The notes under the pieces were generated by a model. The model did not search any database. It had not been told where the DNA came from and saw nothing but the letters and a program-made list of their open reading frames with translations. Positions 25,608 through 33,649 of a stretch of DNA of 64,000 nucleotides are shown one piece after another. The stretch is from a virus, in IMG/VR virus record IMGVR_UViG_3300045988_168162, positions 32,001 through 96,000 of that record; one strand, written 5' to 3'. The position numbers were made by a program, and so were the translations under genes. Position 1 is the stretch's first letter; the number at the start of each line of letters is the position of its first letter.

Positions 25608-25944
25608 TGTTTGTGATCTTGAAGGAATGATGCTGATCTTGCGAAGCTGATCAGCTTCCTGGATTAGCTCCATACAGTGGTGGAATTGGCTTAAAACTCC
25701 AATCAGACAACTGACTGATGTCCAATCTGCGGCTGCCAAGTCTATTACATGACCAATCGACATCGATTGCCCGCTAAGTTAGCTTAAAATGCCCTTGATG
25801 TGAGCGGCGGAACTCGGCGATTCTTGTGGCACCCCCAGATGCGCCTGGCGCGTGCCTGCCCGGTCTGGGTAACAAATTCGTACTCTCGGATATGACCTGA
25901 GAGTCGTTGCGATTTACAAAATGCAACGGTAAACATCACAAACA
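25608..25944 (-). ncRNA. Structured RNA, copy C (337 nt) directly upstream of the RT; msr-msd-like candidate
   Basis: Perfect 10-bp closing helix TGTTTGTGAT (25935-25944) with ATCACAAACA (25608-25617). G then UUUAC follow the 5' arm. Contains the 42-nt module and many local hairpins. Confidence 0.55.
25863..25904 (-). repeat. Conserved RNA module, copy C (ACTCTC-AGGTCATATCC-GAGAGT ACGAATTTGTTACCCAGAC)
   Basis: CCCAGA pairs with TCTGGG at 25834-25839. Confidence 0.8.
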
Positions 25945-25993
25945 AATTTAAATTACAAAGTGTATTATACGGACGATATATTACATAGTGATA

Positions 25994-26677
25994 TTACATG
26001 GCCGTGATAGCTCCTTCCGTGTCGAGATTGAAAGGCGCAACCAGGATCAAATCCTTGATCTTGCCATCCGTGACAAACTTTTGGAAGTTGATAACGGTCA
26101 TGGTGGCAGCCATGCGAACCGTGGGCGCTACACCAAGGACCTCGCCACAGGCGGAACGGGGCACCTCAGCGGTCGCTTCCTCGTGGGTGAAGTTCATACT
26201 GTCGAGCAGTGCTTTCTTGGCCTGCGGGTCACGCCAGTCGGCTGCATAAAGCTGGGCATCAAACAATGCCGTGCGGACATCAAACATCGCCTTGATATTG
26301 GCGTTGTACTGATTGCGCTTGACAATGTCGCGCCGGATCGCAATATCATCCACGGCCAGGAACACATAGCCTGCCAGCGGCTCACCATGCCAGCCATCGG
26401 GTTTGACCTTGACGGTTTCATTACAGGTCAGATTGATATTACCAAGAATATCTCGCAAGGCATCGACCTTTTTCATGCCGACATGGTCATCGAAGAACAT
26501 CTGGTTGACGAGGTTTTTCTCCTCGACCTTGTCCATATCCCAAAGGGTGAACTTGGTGAGACCGTAGCGGGCCAGCAGCTCGGCGATGGTAGAACCGACA
26601 GAACCGCAGCCAATAATGTGAATGGGAGCGGTGATCTTGGCGGGGTCGAAAACCTCGCGGCTCTTATTTAAATTCAT
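25994..26677 (-). CDS. ThiF/MoeB/E1-like adenylyltransferase (227 aa), PRTRC-ThiF-like
   Basis: ATG 26677 follows AGGAGG and overlaps the JAB stop by 14 nt. Rossmann motif IHIIGCGSVGSTIAELLARYG; DMDKVEEKNLVNQ corresponds to the ThiF D-x-D-x-V..NL.RQ motif. Confidence 0.75.
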   Translation of the reverse strand: MNLNKSREVFDPAKITAPIHIIGCGSVGSTIAELLARYGLTKFTLWDMDKVEEKNLVNQMFFDDHVGMKKVDALRDILGNINLTCNETVKVKPDGWHGEPLAGYVFLAVDDIAIRRDIVKRNQYNANIKAMFDVRTALFDAQLYAADWRDPQAKKALLDSMNFTHEEATAEVPRSACGEVLGVAPTVRMAATMTVINFQKFVTDGKIKDLILVAPFNLDTEGAITAM

Positions 26678-27296
26678 CGGGGACCTCCTGACCGTAGGTG
26701 TACCAATCGTACTGCTTATAGTGGTTGTACTGGTTGAAATAGATGGGCGGCTGAACGACCGGCAGCGATTCGACCTTGACCATGGTTTTGACTTCATCCA
26801 GGAAGGACGGGTCAAAAGTATCGTAGGTAAGAAGAACTTCGTCCTGTTCACGAATCGTGCCATGATCGTAGATGTGGGCTGTGTAGTAGAGATCCTTGTT
26901 CCAGATCATGAAGATATAGAACTGGTTATCCGGGATGTGGCGTTCCTCCTGGCTTTGGATATCCGTACCGGAGGGGTGCGTGTCCATATAGACGTGGCTG
27001 TGACCGTGGTAGTGCAGGTCATCAAAGTTGGGATGCTCAAAGTACCAGCGGCCATATTCCTCCTGATCGACCACCACCGTAGCAGCGGTGACCGTTTGCG
27101 GATAGACCGTGATATCATAGACCTCCCAGCCATCCTGGATGGGGCGGGTAAGACCATGCCAGCCGATTTCGGTGTTATACTCGTTCAGCAGAGCGAGCTG
27201 TTTGTTCCAGGCATTGGCCGTGAAGTGGATATGAATGGGTTTCTTTGCGGGTGCCTTGACGGCGGGGGCCTTTTCATTCGGGCTCGTTTTGGACAT
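26664..27296 (-). CDS. JAB/MPN+ (JAMM) metallopeptidase-like protein
   Basis: HSHVYMDTHPSGTD fits HxH-x7-S-xx-D, with an upstream Glu in NTEIGWHG. Strong SD GAAAGGAGG. Confidence 0.7.
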   Translation of the reverse strand: MSKTSPNEKAPAVKAPAKKPIHIHFTANAWNKQLALLNEYNTEIGWHGLTRPIQDGWEVYDITVYPQTVTAATVVVDQEEYGRWYFEHPNFDDLHYHGHSHVYMDTHPSGTDIQSQEERHIPDNQFYIFMIWNKDLYYTAHIYDHGTIREQDEVLLTYDTFDPSFLDEVKTMVKVESLPVVQPPIYFNQYNHYKQYDWYTYGQEVPDEFK

Positions 27297-27299
27297 GGC

Positions 27300-28673
27300 T
27301 TACGCCTCCTTTCCGTTCATTTCATCACAGACGATCTGCATGGCTTCCTTGAATGTGATATCGGTGCCATCTTGCGTGCGGATGACCTTGCCACTGCCGA
27401 GAACCAGCTGCTGCGTAACACGACCCATGGCCCAAGTCTCAGACAGGGACACATTGGATGCGCTTTGCTGCGTGATAGCCAGGGCAGCGATATAATCATG
27501 GTTGCGCTCGGCATCTGCAAGATCGCCTGCATAGCCGCCCAGGCAGGTGGCAAAAGCGATATGCGGGTTATTGATATAGTCCGCAGCAATAGGCTCCATG
27601 GGATCATCGGCTTCCACAGCGTGGACAGCGGCATCTCTGTTGATGATGTAAGTGGCGGCCATCTTGATCGTGAACCGATGATCAACAAAGACAGCGCGGT
27701 AGAACGCGGTCATCTGATCGTTATCATACGGGTTATCGATTTCATGGGAGCCGCGGCCGATGCTGGAATAACCATCGAGAACGTCAGGGTAGTTCAGCAC
27801 ATAAGAATCGACCATGTCCTCATCATAACAGGAGAGGGTGGTGAGCACCGTGTACTGGATATAACCACTGCCGATGCCGATATGATCGATACGGAATCCG
27901 CCGCTGCGCAGGTAATCATAGATTTCCTGGCGAAGCTGATTCGTGTCGGTTTTGCGAAGGTAGGCAATCTTTGCGTTGTACTCTGCAATGAGACGAAGAT
28001 GATCGGAGATGCGGCGCTGGTAGCTCTTGATCTCTTGTTCGGCTTCCTCGATATTGCGGGAGGCGGAGCGGATCTGATCAGCCTGTGCGTTGACGGTGAT
28101 CTCCTGGGCGGCAGAACGATACTCGATCATATCGTAAGCGTACTTAGCGATAAAGGAAGCCGTGGCGTCCCAGAAATCTTTGCGCGATGCTGCGTTATCT
28201 TTTTGACTGATCTTGTAGACCAGCTGAAGCAGCGCGTATTCATCGGGCTGAAGCTTCTGTTCACCCTCGAACAGCCAGGGCAGGAGCATGGGGATGGCAC
28301 TAATCACACGAAGCCAGATCGCATGGCGTGGACGTACCGCCTGGTCAACATTCACGACGGCCCTGCGCTTATCGGGCAGGATAAAGACCTTGCTGTGCTC
28401 CGGGGCGATATAGTTTTCAAGCCGGGTCACACTGGTAAGGTTACTGGTAACAGGGAACGGAACCGTCCTGAGATAAAGGAACTCCGCATCCGTATCACCG
28501 TTATGGCCGTTTTCAAGATGAAGCGTTTCCGTTCTGGGGGCAACCACACACATCCAGACGGCCTGGAGGACGAGCAGATCATCACCGCTGACGGCGTAAT
28601 ACTGGTCACTGGTGAACCGCCCCTGCATGGAGCTTTCAAACGCTTTCGAGAGGATTCTTTCGTTGATTTCCAA
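27300..28673 (-). CDS. Large cassette protein of unknown function (457 aa, central coiled coil)
   Basis: TTG start follows AAAGGAGTG. Sits between the small Gly-terminated protein and JAB. Confidence 0.6.
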   Translation of the reverse strand: MEINERILSKAFESSMQGRFTSDQYYAVSGDDLLVLQAVWMCVVAPRTETLHLENGHNGDTDAEFLYLRTVPFPVTSNLTSVTRLENYIAPEHSKVFILPDKRRAVVNVDQAVRPRHAIWLRVISAIPMLLPWLFEGEQKLQPDEYALLQLVYKISQKDNAASRKDFWDATASFIAKYAYDMIEYRSAAQEITVNAQADQIRSASRNIEEAEQEIKSYQRRISDHLRLIAEYNAKIAYLRKTDTNQLRQEIYDYLRSGGFRIDHIGIGSGYIQYTVLTTLSCYDEDMVDSYVLNYPDVLDGYSSIGRGSHEIDNPYDNDQMTAFYRAVFVDHRFTIKMAATYIINRDAAVHAVEADDPMEPIAADYINNPHIAFATCLGGYAGDLADAERNHDYIAALAITQQSASNVSLSETWAMGRVTQQLVLGSGKVIRTQDGTDITFKEAMQIVCDEMNGKEA

Positions 28674-28705
28674 AACGGAAACACTCCTTTCTTTAAGCAG
28701 CGGAC

Positions 28706-28978
28706 TTAGCCGCGGCAGGCGTTATCCTGCTTGGGGATGTTGAGCATGTAGAAGCTGGTGGCGGTGTTGATCTTCTCGAAATTATCGGCGAACCAGCGGA
28801 TGGGCTTGTCCAGGTTTTCCTCGCCCAGAGCGATGCCGTTGAAATTCGTCTGGCCGACATGGTAGTCAACGCCGAACTGATCCAGCAGCTGACGGGGCGT
28901 GGTGGTGTCCACAGAGATGGGGGCGGACTCGTGACGATCGAAAGAAGTGCCGACTTTAACCTTGATGATGCTTTCCAT
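28706..28978 (-). CDS. Small protein ending in Gly (90 aa, ..IPKQDNACRG); ubiquitin-like candidate by context only
   Basis: ATG 28978 follows AAAGGAG. Size, position in an E1/JAB operon and the terminal Gly are the only evidence. Confidence 0.5.
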   Translation of the reverse strand: MESIIKVKVGTSFDRHESAPISVDTTTPRQLLDQFGVDYHVGQTNFNGIALGEENLDKPIRWFADNFEKINTATSFYMLNIPKQDNACRG

Positions 28979-29062
28979 AAAACTTGTCTCCTTTGAAATA
29001 TACATTTATTTTGTGATTTTATACAGTGTTTGTATGCGGGCTTTGGATGTAAAAGAGGGGGA

Positions 29063-29482
29063 TCAGCCCTCTGCGGTGGTGTCCTCGGCGTTGGCTTCAC
29101 CGGTCAGTTCCCGGATGAAGGCGGCCTTGCGATCCTTTTCATTCTGGACAGCGGTGGTGGCGGTGGCCTCGATCTCGTCCAGCTTGGCCTTGGCAGCGCC
29201 GACCTTATCAAAGATCTCGTTCAGCTGCTCATCTGCGGGCTTATTGGTGTCCAGCGTGTAGGTCAGGACGGCCTTGCCATCGCGGGTCTTGTTGGCGAAA
29301 ACGATGCCGTACTGGCTGATGCTGCCCATGGTGCCGCCGGTTTTGACAACGAACTGGACGTCGCCGTCCTTATCCTTGATGGCCAGGGCGTCGGGATTCT
29401 GCTTCTCCAGCAGTTTGATGTCGTCCAGCGACAGGGTGGAGATGAGGTCGAAAGTGGTTGCGTTCAGGGTGATCTTAGACAT
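29063..29482 (-). CDS. Hypothetical protein (139 aa, acidic tail), first gene of the cassette
   Basis: AAAGGAG upstream; ORF track. Confidence 0.6.
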   Translation of the reverse strand: MSKITLNATTFDLISTLSLDDIKLLEKQNPDALAIKDKDGDVQFVVKTGGTMGSISQYGIVFANKTRDGKAVLTYTLDTNKPADEQLNEIFDKVGAAKAKLDEIEATATTAVQNEKDRKAAFIRELTGEANAEDTTAEG

Positions 29483-29547
29483 AGTAGTTACTCCTTTGAA
29501 TTTGTTTTGTACGTTAGTACGTTATTGTGTGGATGGCGGATATATCA

Positions 29548-29664
29548 TCAAGACCTTGCGGCCTCGATTTCGTGGTAGGCTTCACGGATGGAATCCGCAG
29601 AGCAAAAGAACTGGCGGTCAAGATAGACTTCATAATGACCGCGGCGGTAATGGATGGTGAACAT
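29548..29664 (-). CDS. Possible micro-ORF (38 aa, MFTIHYRRGHYEVYLDRQFFCSADSIREAYHEIEAARS)
   Basis: GAAAGGAG lies 8 nt upstream. Below the ORF-track cutoff. Confidence 0.35.
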   Translation of the reverse strand: MFTIHYRRGHYEVYLDRQFFCSADSIREAYHEIEAARS

Positions 29665-29997
29665 AGGCATCACTCCTTTCTGTTGCATTTATGTACCGTT
29701 AAATGTAGGGCGAAAATTTGGACCTGCTGCGCAATGCAGGTGAGAACACCGACTGCGAGCAGGATCAGACTTGGCTATTCATGCGCCGTTAAATCTTGCC
29801 TAAAGGATACCACCGCACCATCGTTTTGTCAAGTGGGGTGGCAAAAGATTGCTTCTTGGTGCGCAAAATATGTGCGGTCTTGCGAAACGGCAGGGTTGGA
29901 CACGAGGCAAAACTACGAAATCCAAAATCGCCTAAGTAGGGGGTAAAGTTGCAGAAAGTGTTAAAGTATATTAGCAGTAATGACATTCGTAAAGTTA

Positions 29998-30082
29998 CTC
30001 CGTAATCCAGTCCTCTCCGAAATCCAGGTCCTTCGAGAACAAGTTCTCTGCGAACCAGTCTTTCTACGAGTCCAGTATTACT
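29998..30082 (+). repeat. Five tandem iteron-like repeats, 16-18 nt each (CGWAATCCAGKTCYT-type)
   Basis: CTCCGTAATCCAGTCCT / CTCCGAAATCCAGGTCCT / TCGAGAACAAGTTCT / CTGCGAACCAGTCTTT / CTACGAGTCCAGTATT. Confidence 0.6.
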
Positions 30083-30617
30083 ACATAACTTTACTCATGT
30101 CTTTGCGGCATTGTTCGGGTTTCGTCCTTGTTCGTGTTTGTTCAGGGTTTCGATTTTGTTCTGGTCTCGCAGGGGTCCAGGCTCTAAGAGGTGTCATCGT
30201 ACATAGTGTTCGTCCTTTTCTTGTCATGGTTTACAGGGTGTCATGGGCTTGGTTGTGCCCTTGTTTACGGAAATCGGTCTGAGAGGGCTTGTGCGGGGCT
30301 TGCTTGGTTCGGGAATATAAGCTGTCGGATTTGGTAAAGAACAGCTTGTAAGGCTTGCTAGGTGTCTTGTAGCGTGTCCTTACCAAAATCATGCTCGTGC
30401 TATAAGTGGTTCCGGGCTTCTCAGATCGTCTGTGGGGCGGCTGTGCGGCCTTGTACGGGGGTCACTTGGCTTGGCAGGGTAACTTACTTATGTAAAGGTA
30501 CAGGCTCGCAGAGAGGCTTATTGGCGGGCGTTACATGGTCGGTGCGGAAACGGCATTGGTCTTTTACTATGTAATTTGTAATTGTCGTTTTGCATGTATA
30601 TACACATTTTATGTATA

Positions 30618-30833
30618 TCAGCTGGCAAGGTGGTAGCTGCCGTGCGGGTCGATAAATTCGCTAACATAGAACATCTGCCCGGCATGGAAGAAGAAATCGC
30701 CCCCGCCCTTAGTGCGGCACAGGTGATGGATCTTGTGCTCAGTCAGGCGGCCATTGCGCCAAACGGTCAGCAGGATTCGTTCGTGGTCGCGGCTATGCTG
30801 GATGCGGTAGGTGGTGGAGCCGAGTTTAAGCAT
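30618..30833 (-). CDS. Hypothetical protein (71 aa)
   Basis: ATG 30833 follows AAAGGAGG. Confidence 0.55.
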   Translation of the reverse strand: MLKLGSTTYRIQHSRDHERILLTVWRNGRLTEHKIHHLCRTKGGGDFFFHAGQMFYVSEFIDPHGSYHLAS

Positions 30834-30865
30834 CTGCGATGGCCTCCTTTCAGGCAAGCAAATCA

Positions 30866-31069
30866 TCATTTAGAAATCAATTCAAAGGGCAAATTTTCAG
30901 CGGCCTGGACGCCGTAGGTGAAGCGCAGACCGTTGTGCAGGTTCTGAAATACGAAACGGGACGGAATTAAATCTCCACGCCAAATATCGCTGTTATCCTG
31001 ATAGCCGACGATCTTATAGTGGGTTCGTTTACCTTGGATGCGGACGATCATGCCGGGTTCAAGTTTCAT
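30866..31069 (-). CDS. Hypothetical protein (67 aa)
   Basis: ATG 31069; overlaps the upstream stop by 11 nt. Confidence 0.5.
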   Translation of the reverse strand: MKLEPGMIVRIQGKRTHYKIVGYQDNSDIWRGDLIPSRFVFQNLHNGLRFTYGVQAAENLPFELISK

Positions 31070-31349
31070 CGTTGACATCATCTCCTTCATCCTCGTCATC
31101 TTTGTCATCCTCGCCGTCATTGTAGCGCTCAAGGGCTTTCCAGTTTTTGAAGCCGAGCAGCTGGGCAATATAGTCATCCTCAAACCAGAACAGGTCGTTG
31201 ATTGCGGTGTCGGTCGGGTTTTCGCCCAGGACTTCCGGTAGCAGGCCATCCAGCCGGTCAAGCTGGTCGGTGGTCAAGTGGTCGATGCGTCCTTTAGCGC
31301 CGGACCAGAATTCAAACTGGCGCAGGGGCTTCTCTACGGTATAGGTCAT
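31059..31349 (-). CDS. Hypothetical protein with poly-acidic tail (96 aa)
   Basis: ORF track. Tail DGEDDKDDEDEGDDVNDET. Confidence 0.6.
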   Translation of the reverse strand: MTYTVEKPLRQFEFWSGAKGRIDHLTTDQLDRLDGLLPEVLGENPTDTAINDLFWFEDDYIAQLLGFKNWKALERYNDGEDDKDDEDEGDDVNDET

Positions 31350-31729
31350 GGTGTTCGTTCTCCCCTCTGTGATGTTTTGTCCAATAGGGAACGGCTTTGG
31401 TGGCCGCAGGCATACTCGATCATAACATCGGGGTTACTGCTGTGGCCGTGTGCCCAATCGACCTGGATAAGACCGCGGGTCTCACCGCAAACGGGGCATT
31501 TCATATCGGTCAGGTCATTGTAATACGGTTCGATCTGCACCCAGCCATCCGGGTTGCCGAGAATGACCTGCTCGATGAGGAACTTTTCGACCTCGGATTC
31601 CAGGTAGGGACGGGTTTGGTTGAACAATTTCAATTCCGGGTCATGGCTGAAGCTGCGATTGACATACCGGAACTCAGTGCCAGCCTTAATGCCGGGCAGG
31701 TCTTTGAGCGTGGTAACTTTGTAGATCAT
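31346..31729 (-). CDS. Hypothetical protein (127 aa)
   Basis: ORF track; contains CPVCGE. Confidence 0.55.
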   Translation of the reverse strand: MIYKVTTLKDLPGIKAGTEFRYVNRSFSHDPELKLFNQTRPYLESEVEKFLIEQVILGNPDGWVQIEPYYNDLTDMKCPVCGETRGLIQVDWAHGHSSNPDVMIEYACGHQSRSLLDKTSQRGERTP

Positions 31730-31778
31730 CTTCTGGCGGAGCCTTCTTTCTCTGACGGAGTCTTAGCTGGCGGCGTCA

Positions 31779-31958
31779 TTATTCATGAGACAGATCGTGC
31801 CAGTACATGACGGCAACCGTGACAAGTGCGGCAACGACCAGAGGGAACACGACCCAGCCGGGCAGGGTAGCGGCCAGCCACAGAATCATGATGAACAGGG
31901 CAAGGACGGCCAGGGTTGCGAGGATGCAGGCCAGGTGGAAAAGCGGTTTGGATTTCAT
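31779..31958 (-). CDS. Small membrane protein (59 aa, two TM segments)
   Basis: ATG 31958 follows AAGGAGTG. Confidence 0.5.
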   Translation of the reverse strand: MKSKPLFHLACILATLAVLALFIMILWLAATLPGWVVFPLVVAALVTVAVMYWHDLSHE

Positions 31959-32068
31959 TTCGTGTTCACTCCTTGATTGCTTTATCATAAATTTATTGAT
32001 TGATAGGGTAAAAGAAAAGCACCCTTAGTCCAGGATGCTGGCGGTTGCGACACTGGTCTCGCGGAGCG

Positions 32069-32248
32069 TCACTCTCCGATGGTGTACTCGTCGGTCTGAC
32101 CCCAGGCGGTGAGGTATACGGTGTCGCGTGCAATTTCGACCTGGATCTGGTTCATTGTGGCACGGTAGGTGAGCCAGGCGGTGGCCAGGACGGTGGCGGT
32201 GACGAGTGCGAGGGTGAGGATGATGCGGACGATGGGGTTCATTTTCAT
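32069..32248 (-). CDS. Small membrane protein (59 aa, one TM segment)
   Basis: ATG 32248 lies downstream of AAAGGAG. Confidence 0.5.
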   Translation of the reverse strand: MKMNPIVRIILTLALVTATVLATAWLTYRATMNQIQVEIARDTVYLTAWGQTDEYTIGE

Positions 32249-32360
32249 GGCGATTTCAGGCTCCTTTCTTGGATAGAAAATGGGCATAAAAATAGCGCCC
32301 GGCTTTTTAGGCAGGACGCTTTTGAGTAGTATTCGGTTTTCATTCTGATTTGGTTACAGG

Positions 32361-32540
32361 TTAATAAACGACCAATTCACCTTTACAAATCTTTTTGATT
32401 AGTTGGGTAACATTGGCGCAATTCGTCTCTTGCAAAATCGTTTCAAGCTGTTCGCCCTCTTGTTTTGTAAGAACGACATTTAGACGCTTTTTTGTGGACT
32501 CATGCAGTTTTTCATCCTGCGGCACGAAATCACTCTCCAT
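32361..32540 (-). CDS. RHH-like small protein (59 aa), paralog of 32564-32803
   Basis: Not in the ORF track. ..LTKQEGEQLETILQETNCANVTQLIKKICKGELVVY parallels ..PKEGEKLETEILPAFDCKNVSQFVKKIVNGELVV. No SD. Confidence 0.45.
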   Translation of the reverse strand: MESDFVPQDEKLHESTKKRLNVVLTKQEGEQLETILQETNCANVTQLIKKICKGELVVY

Positions 32541-32563
32541 TTACAATTGTATGTAAATGTAGT

Positions 32564-32803
32564 TTATTCTGGTTTAATCACAACCAATTCACCGTTGACA
32601 ATCTTTTTTACAAATTGCGAAACATTTTTGCAGTCGAAAGCTGGTAGAATTTCAGTTTCAAGTTTTTCGCCCTCTTTTGGTGCGAGAACACATGCCTTTT
32701 GCCATTTATATTGCTTATTTTTGCTCCTCATCATCTCAAGAAGCTCTTCTTTGGTCATATTGTCGTAATCAATTCTTTTAGGCACAGTTCGCCCTCCATT
32801 CAT
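32564..32803 (-). CDS. RHH-like small protein (79 aa)
   Basis: ORF track; paralogy with 32361-32540. Confidence 0.5.
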   Translation of the reverse strand: MNGGRTVPKRIDYDNMTKEELLEMMRSKNKQYKWQKACVLAPKEGEKLETEILPAFDCKNVSQFVKKIVNGELVVIKPE

Positions 32804-32920
32804 AGTAGTATGTAATTATGAATGTAGTCTACCATAAACGGAGAGCATTTTCAAGCCGGTTTCATTTTAGTTTCCGCTTGCAACCTGGGGCGCTATTGCA
32901 TCCCAGCTCCACGGCACTAA

Positions 32921-33109
32921 TTAGGCGGCCTTATGGGTGTTCATCCATTCTACAAGAGCGGTCTCTGCTACTTTGCTGTAACAATAGACAACGACAATGT
33001 CCTCGCCGGGATGGATTTCACGTCGGAAATCATATTGGTATTTAACAAGCCAATCCAAAAAGAGATTGGTAAGGGGTTTTGAAGTGAAACGGCAATTGAA
33101 CTTGGCCAT
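32921..33109 (-). CDS. Hypothetical protein (62 aa)
   Basis: ATG 33109 follows AAAGGAAG. Confidence 0.5.
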   Translation of the reverse strand: MAKFNCRFTSKPLTNLFLDWLVKYQYDFRREIHPGEDIVVVYCYSKVAETALVEWMNTHKAA

Positions 33110-33126
33110 GGTAATACTTCCTTTTA

Positions 33127-33612
33127 TCAATGCTTGAAAACACGAATACGATCCGGGAATCCTTTCGTATTGTCGTATAAATCAGCGGCGAAAACACTCT
33201 GATCTGCTTCAAAATCAAGGAAATCGTGCAGAGCTTCATCTTTGTCCCAGTACCCGTGAATACGGACAGGACCACAAGCGCCCGCGTATTCCTCGATAGT
33301 ATACGACGGAATGGGCTCTGCATCCTCGTCCAAATCGCACTCAATCGTGGCAAGGATTGCAATTTCCATGCAGTCGATCCACTGCGCGTTGGGGTACAGC
33401 TGTTCCGCAGTTTCGGTATCGGATTCATCCGGGCTAAACGCAAGAACACGGCGAATGTTATCATGCTGCAAATCCAGCACCTTATTTTCGGCACCACCAT
33501 TAGAGTATGCCGGAATCATCGTTTTATAGACGTTTCCGTCTACGGTTTCAAAACGGACAGGAAATAGCTGCAATTTAGAATTGTCCACGGTGGTACTTCC
33601 TTTCTCTGGCAA
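33127..33612 (-). CDS. Hypothetical protein (153-161 aa; alternative GTG start at 33588)
   Basis: ORF track. AGAAAGGAAG precedes GTG 33588. Confidence 0.55.
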   Translation of the reverse strand: MPEKGSTTVDNSKLQLFPVRFETVDGNVYKTMIPAYSNGGAENKVLDLQHDNIRRVLAFSPDESDTETAEQLYPNAQWIDCMEIAILATIECDLDEDAEPIPSYTIEEYAGACGPVRIHGYWDKDEALHDFLDFEADQSVFAADLYDNTKGFPDRIRVFKH

Positions 33613-33649
33613 GAGCCTTTTATTGTGTAGGCTTGCATAGCATTACTAC

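Noticed and set aside
24399-25944. The RT as part of a diversity-generating retroelement
   Set aside because: No TR/VR pair is present: the repeated 42-nt module shows compensatory rather than adenine-specific differences. The RT has LPQG.P.SP and YADD rather than the DGR-type IGN..SQ and YMDD, and no Avd-like gene is nearby.
23846-25944. The RT as a group II intron maturase, with the flanking RNAs as intron domains
   Set aside because: There is no GUGYG 5' end, no domain V-like 34-nt hairpin with an AGC triad after the ORF, and no interrupted host gene. The upstream RNA is only about 340 nt, and a near-copy precedes an unrelated ORF.
26622-28709. 695-aa + strand ORF, the longest ORF in this region
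   Set aside because: It is an antisense shadow of the JAB / 457-aa / E1 genes. It is low-complexity (G/D/V/I-rich), has no SD, and the minus-strand genes carry clear catalytic motifs and coupled starts.
29998-30082. Possible CRISPR array
   Set aside because: The repeats are contiguous 16-18-nt imperfect units with no spacers, so they are iteron-like rather than CRISPR-like. No cas genes are present.
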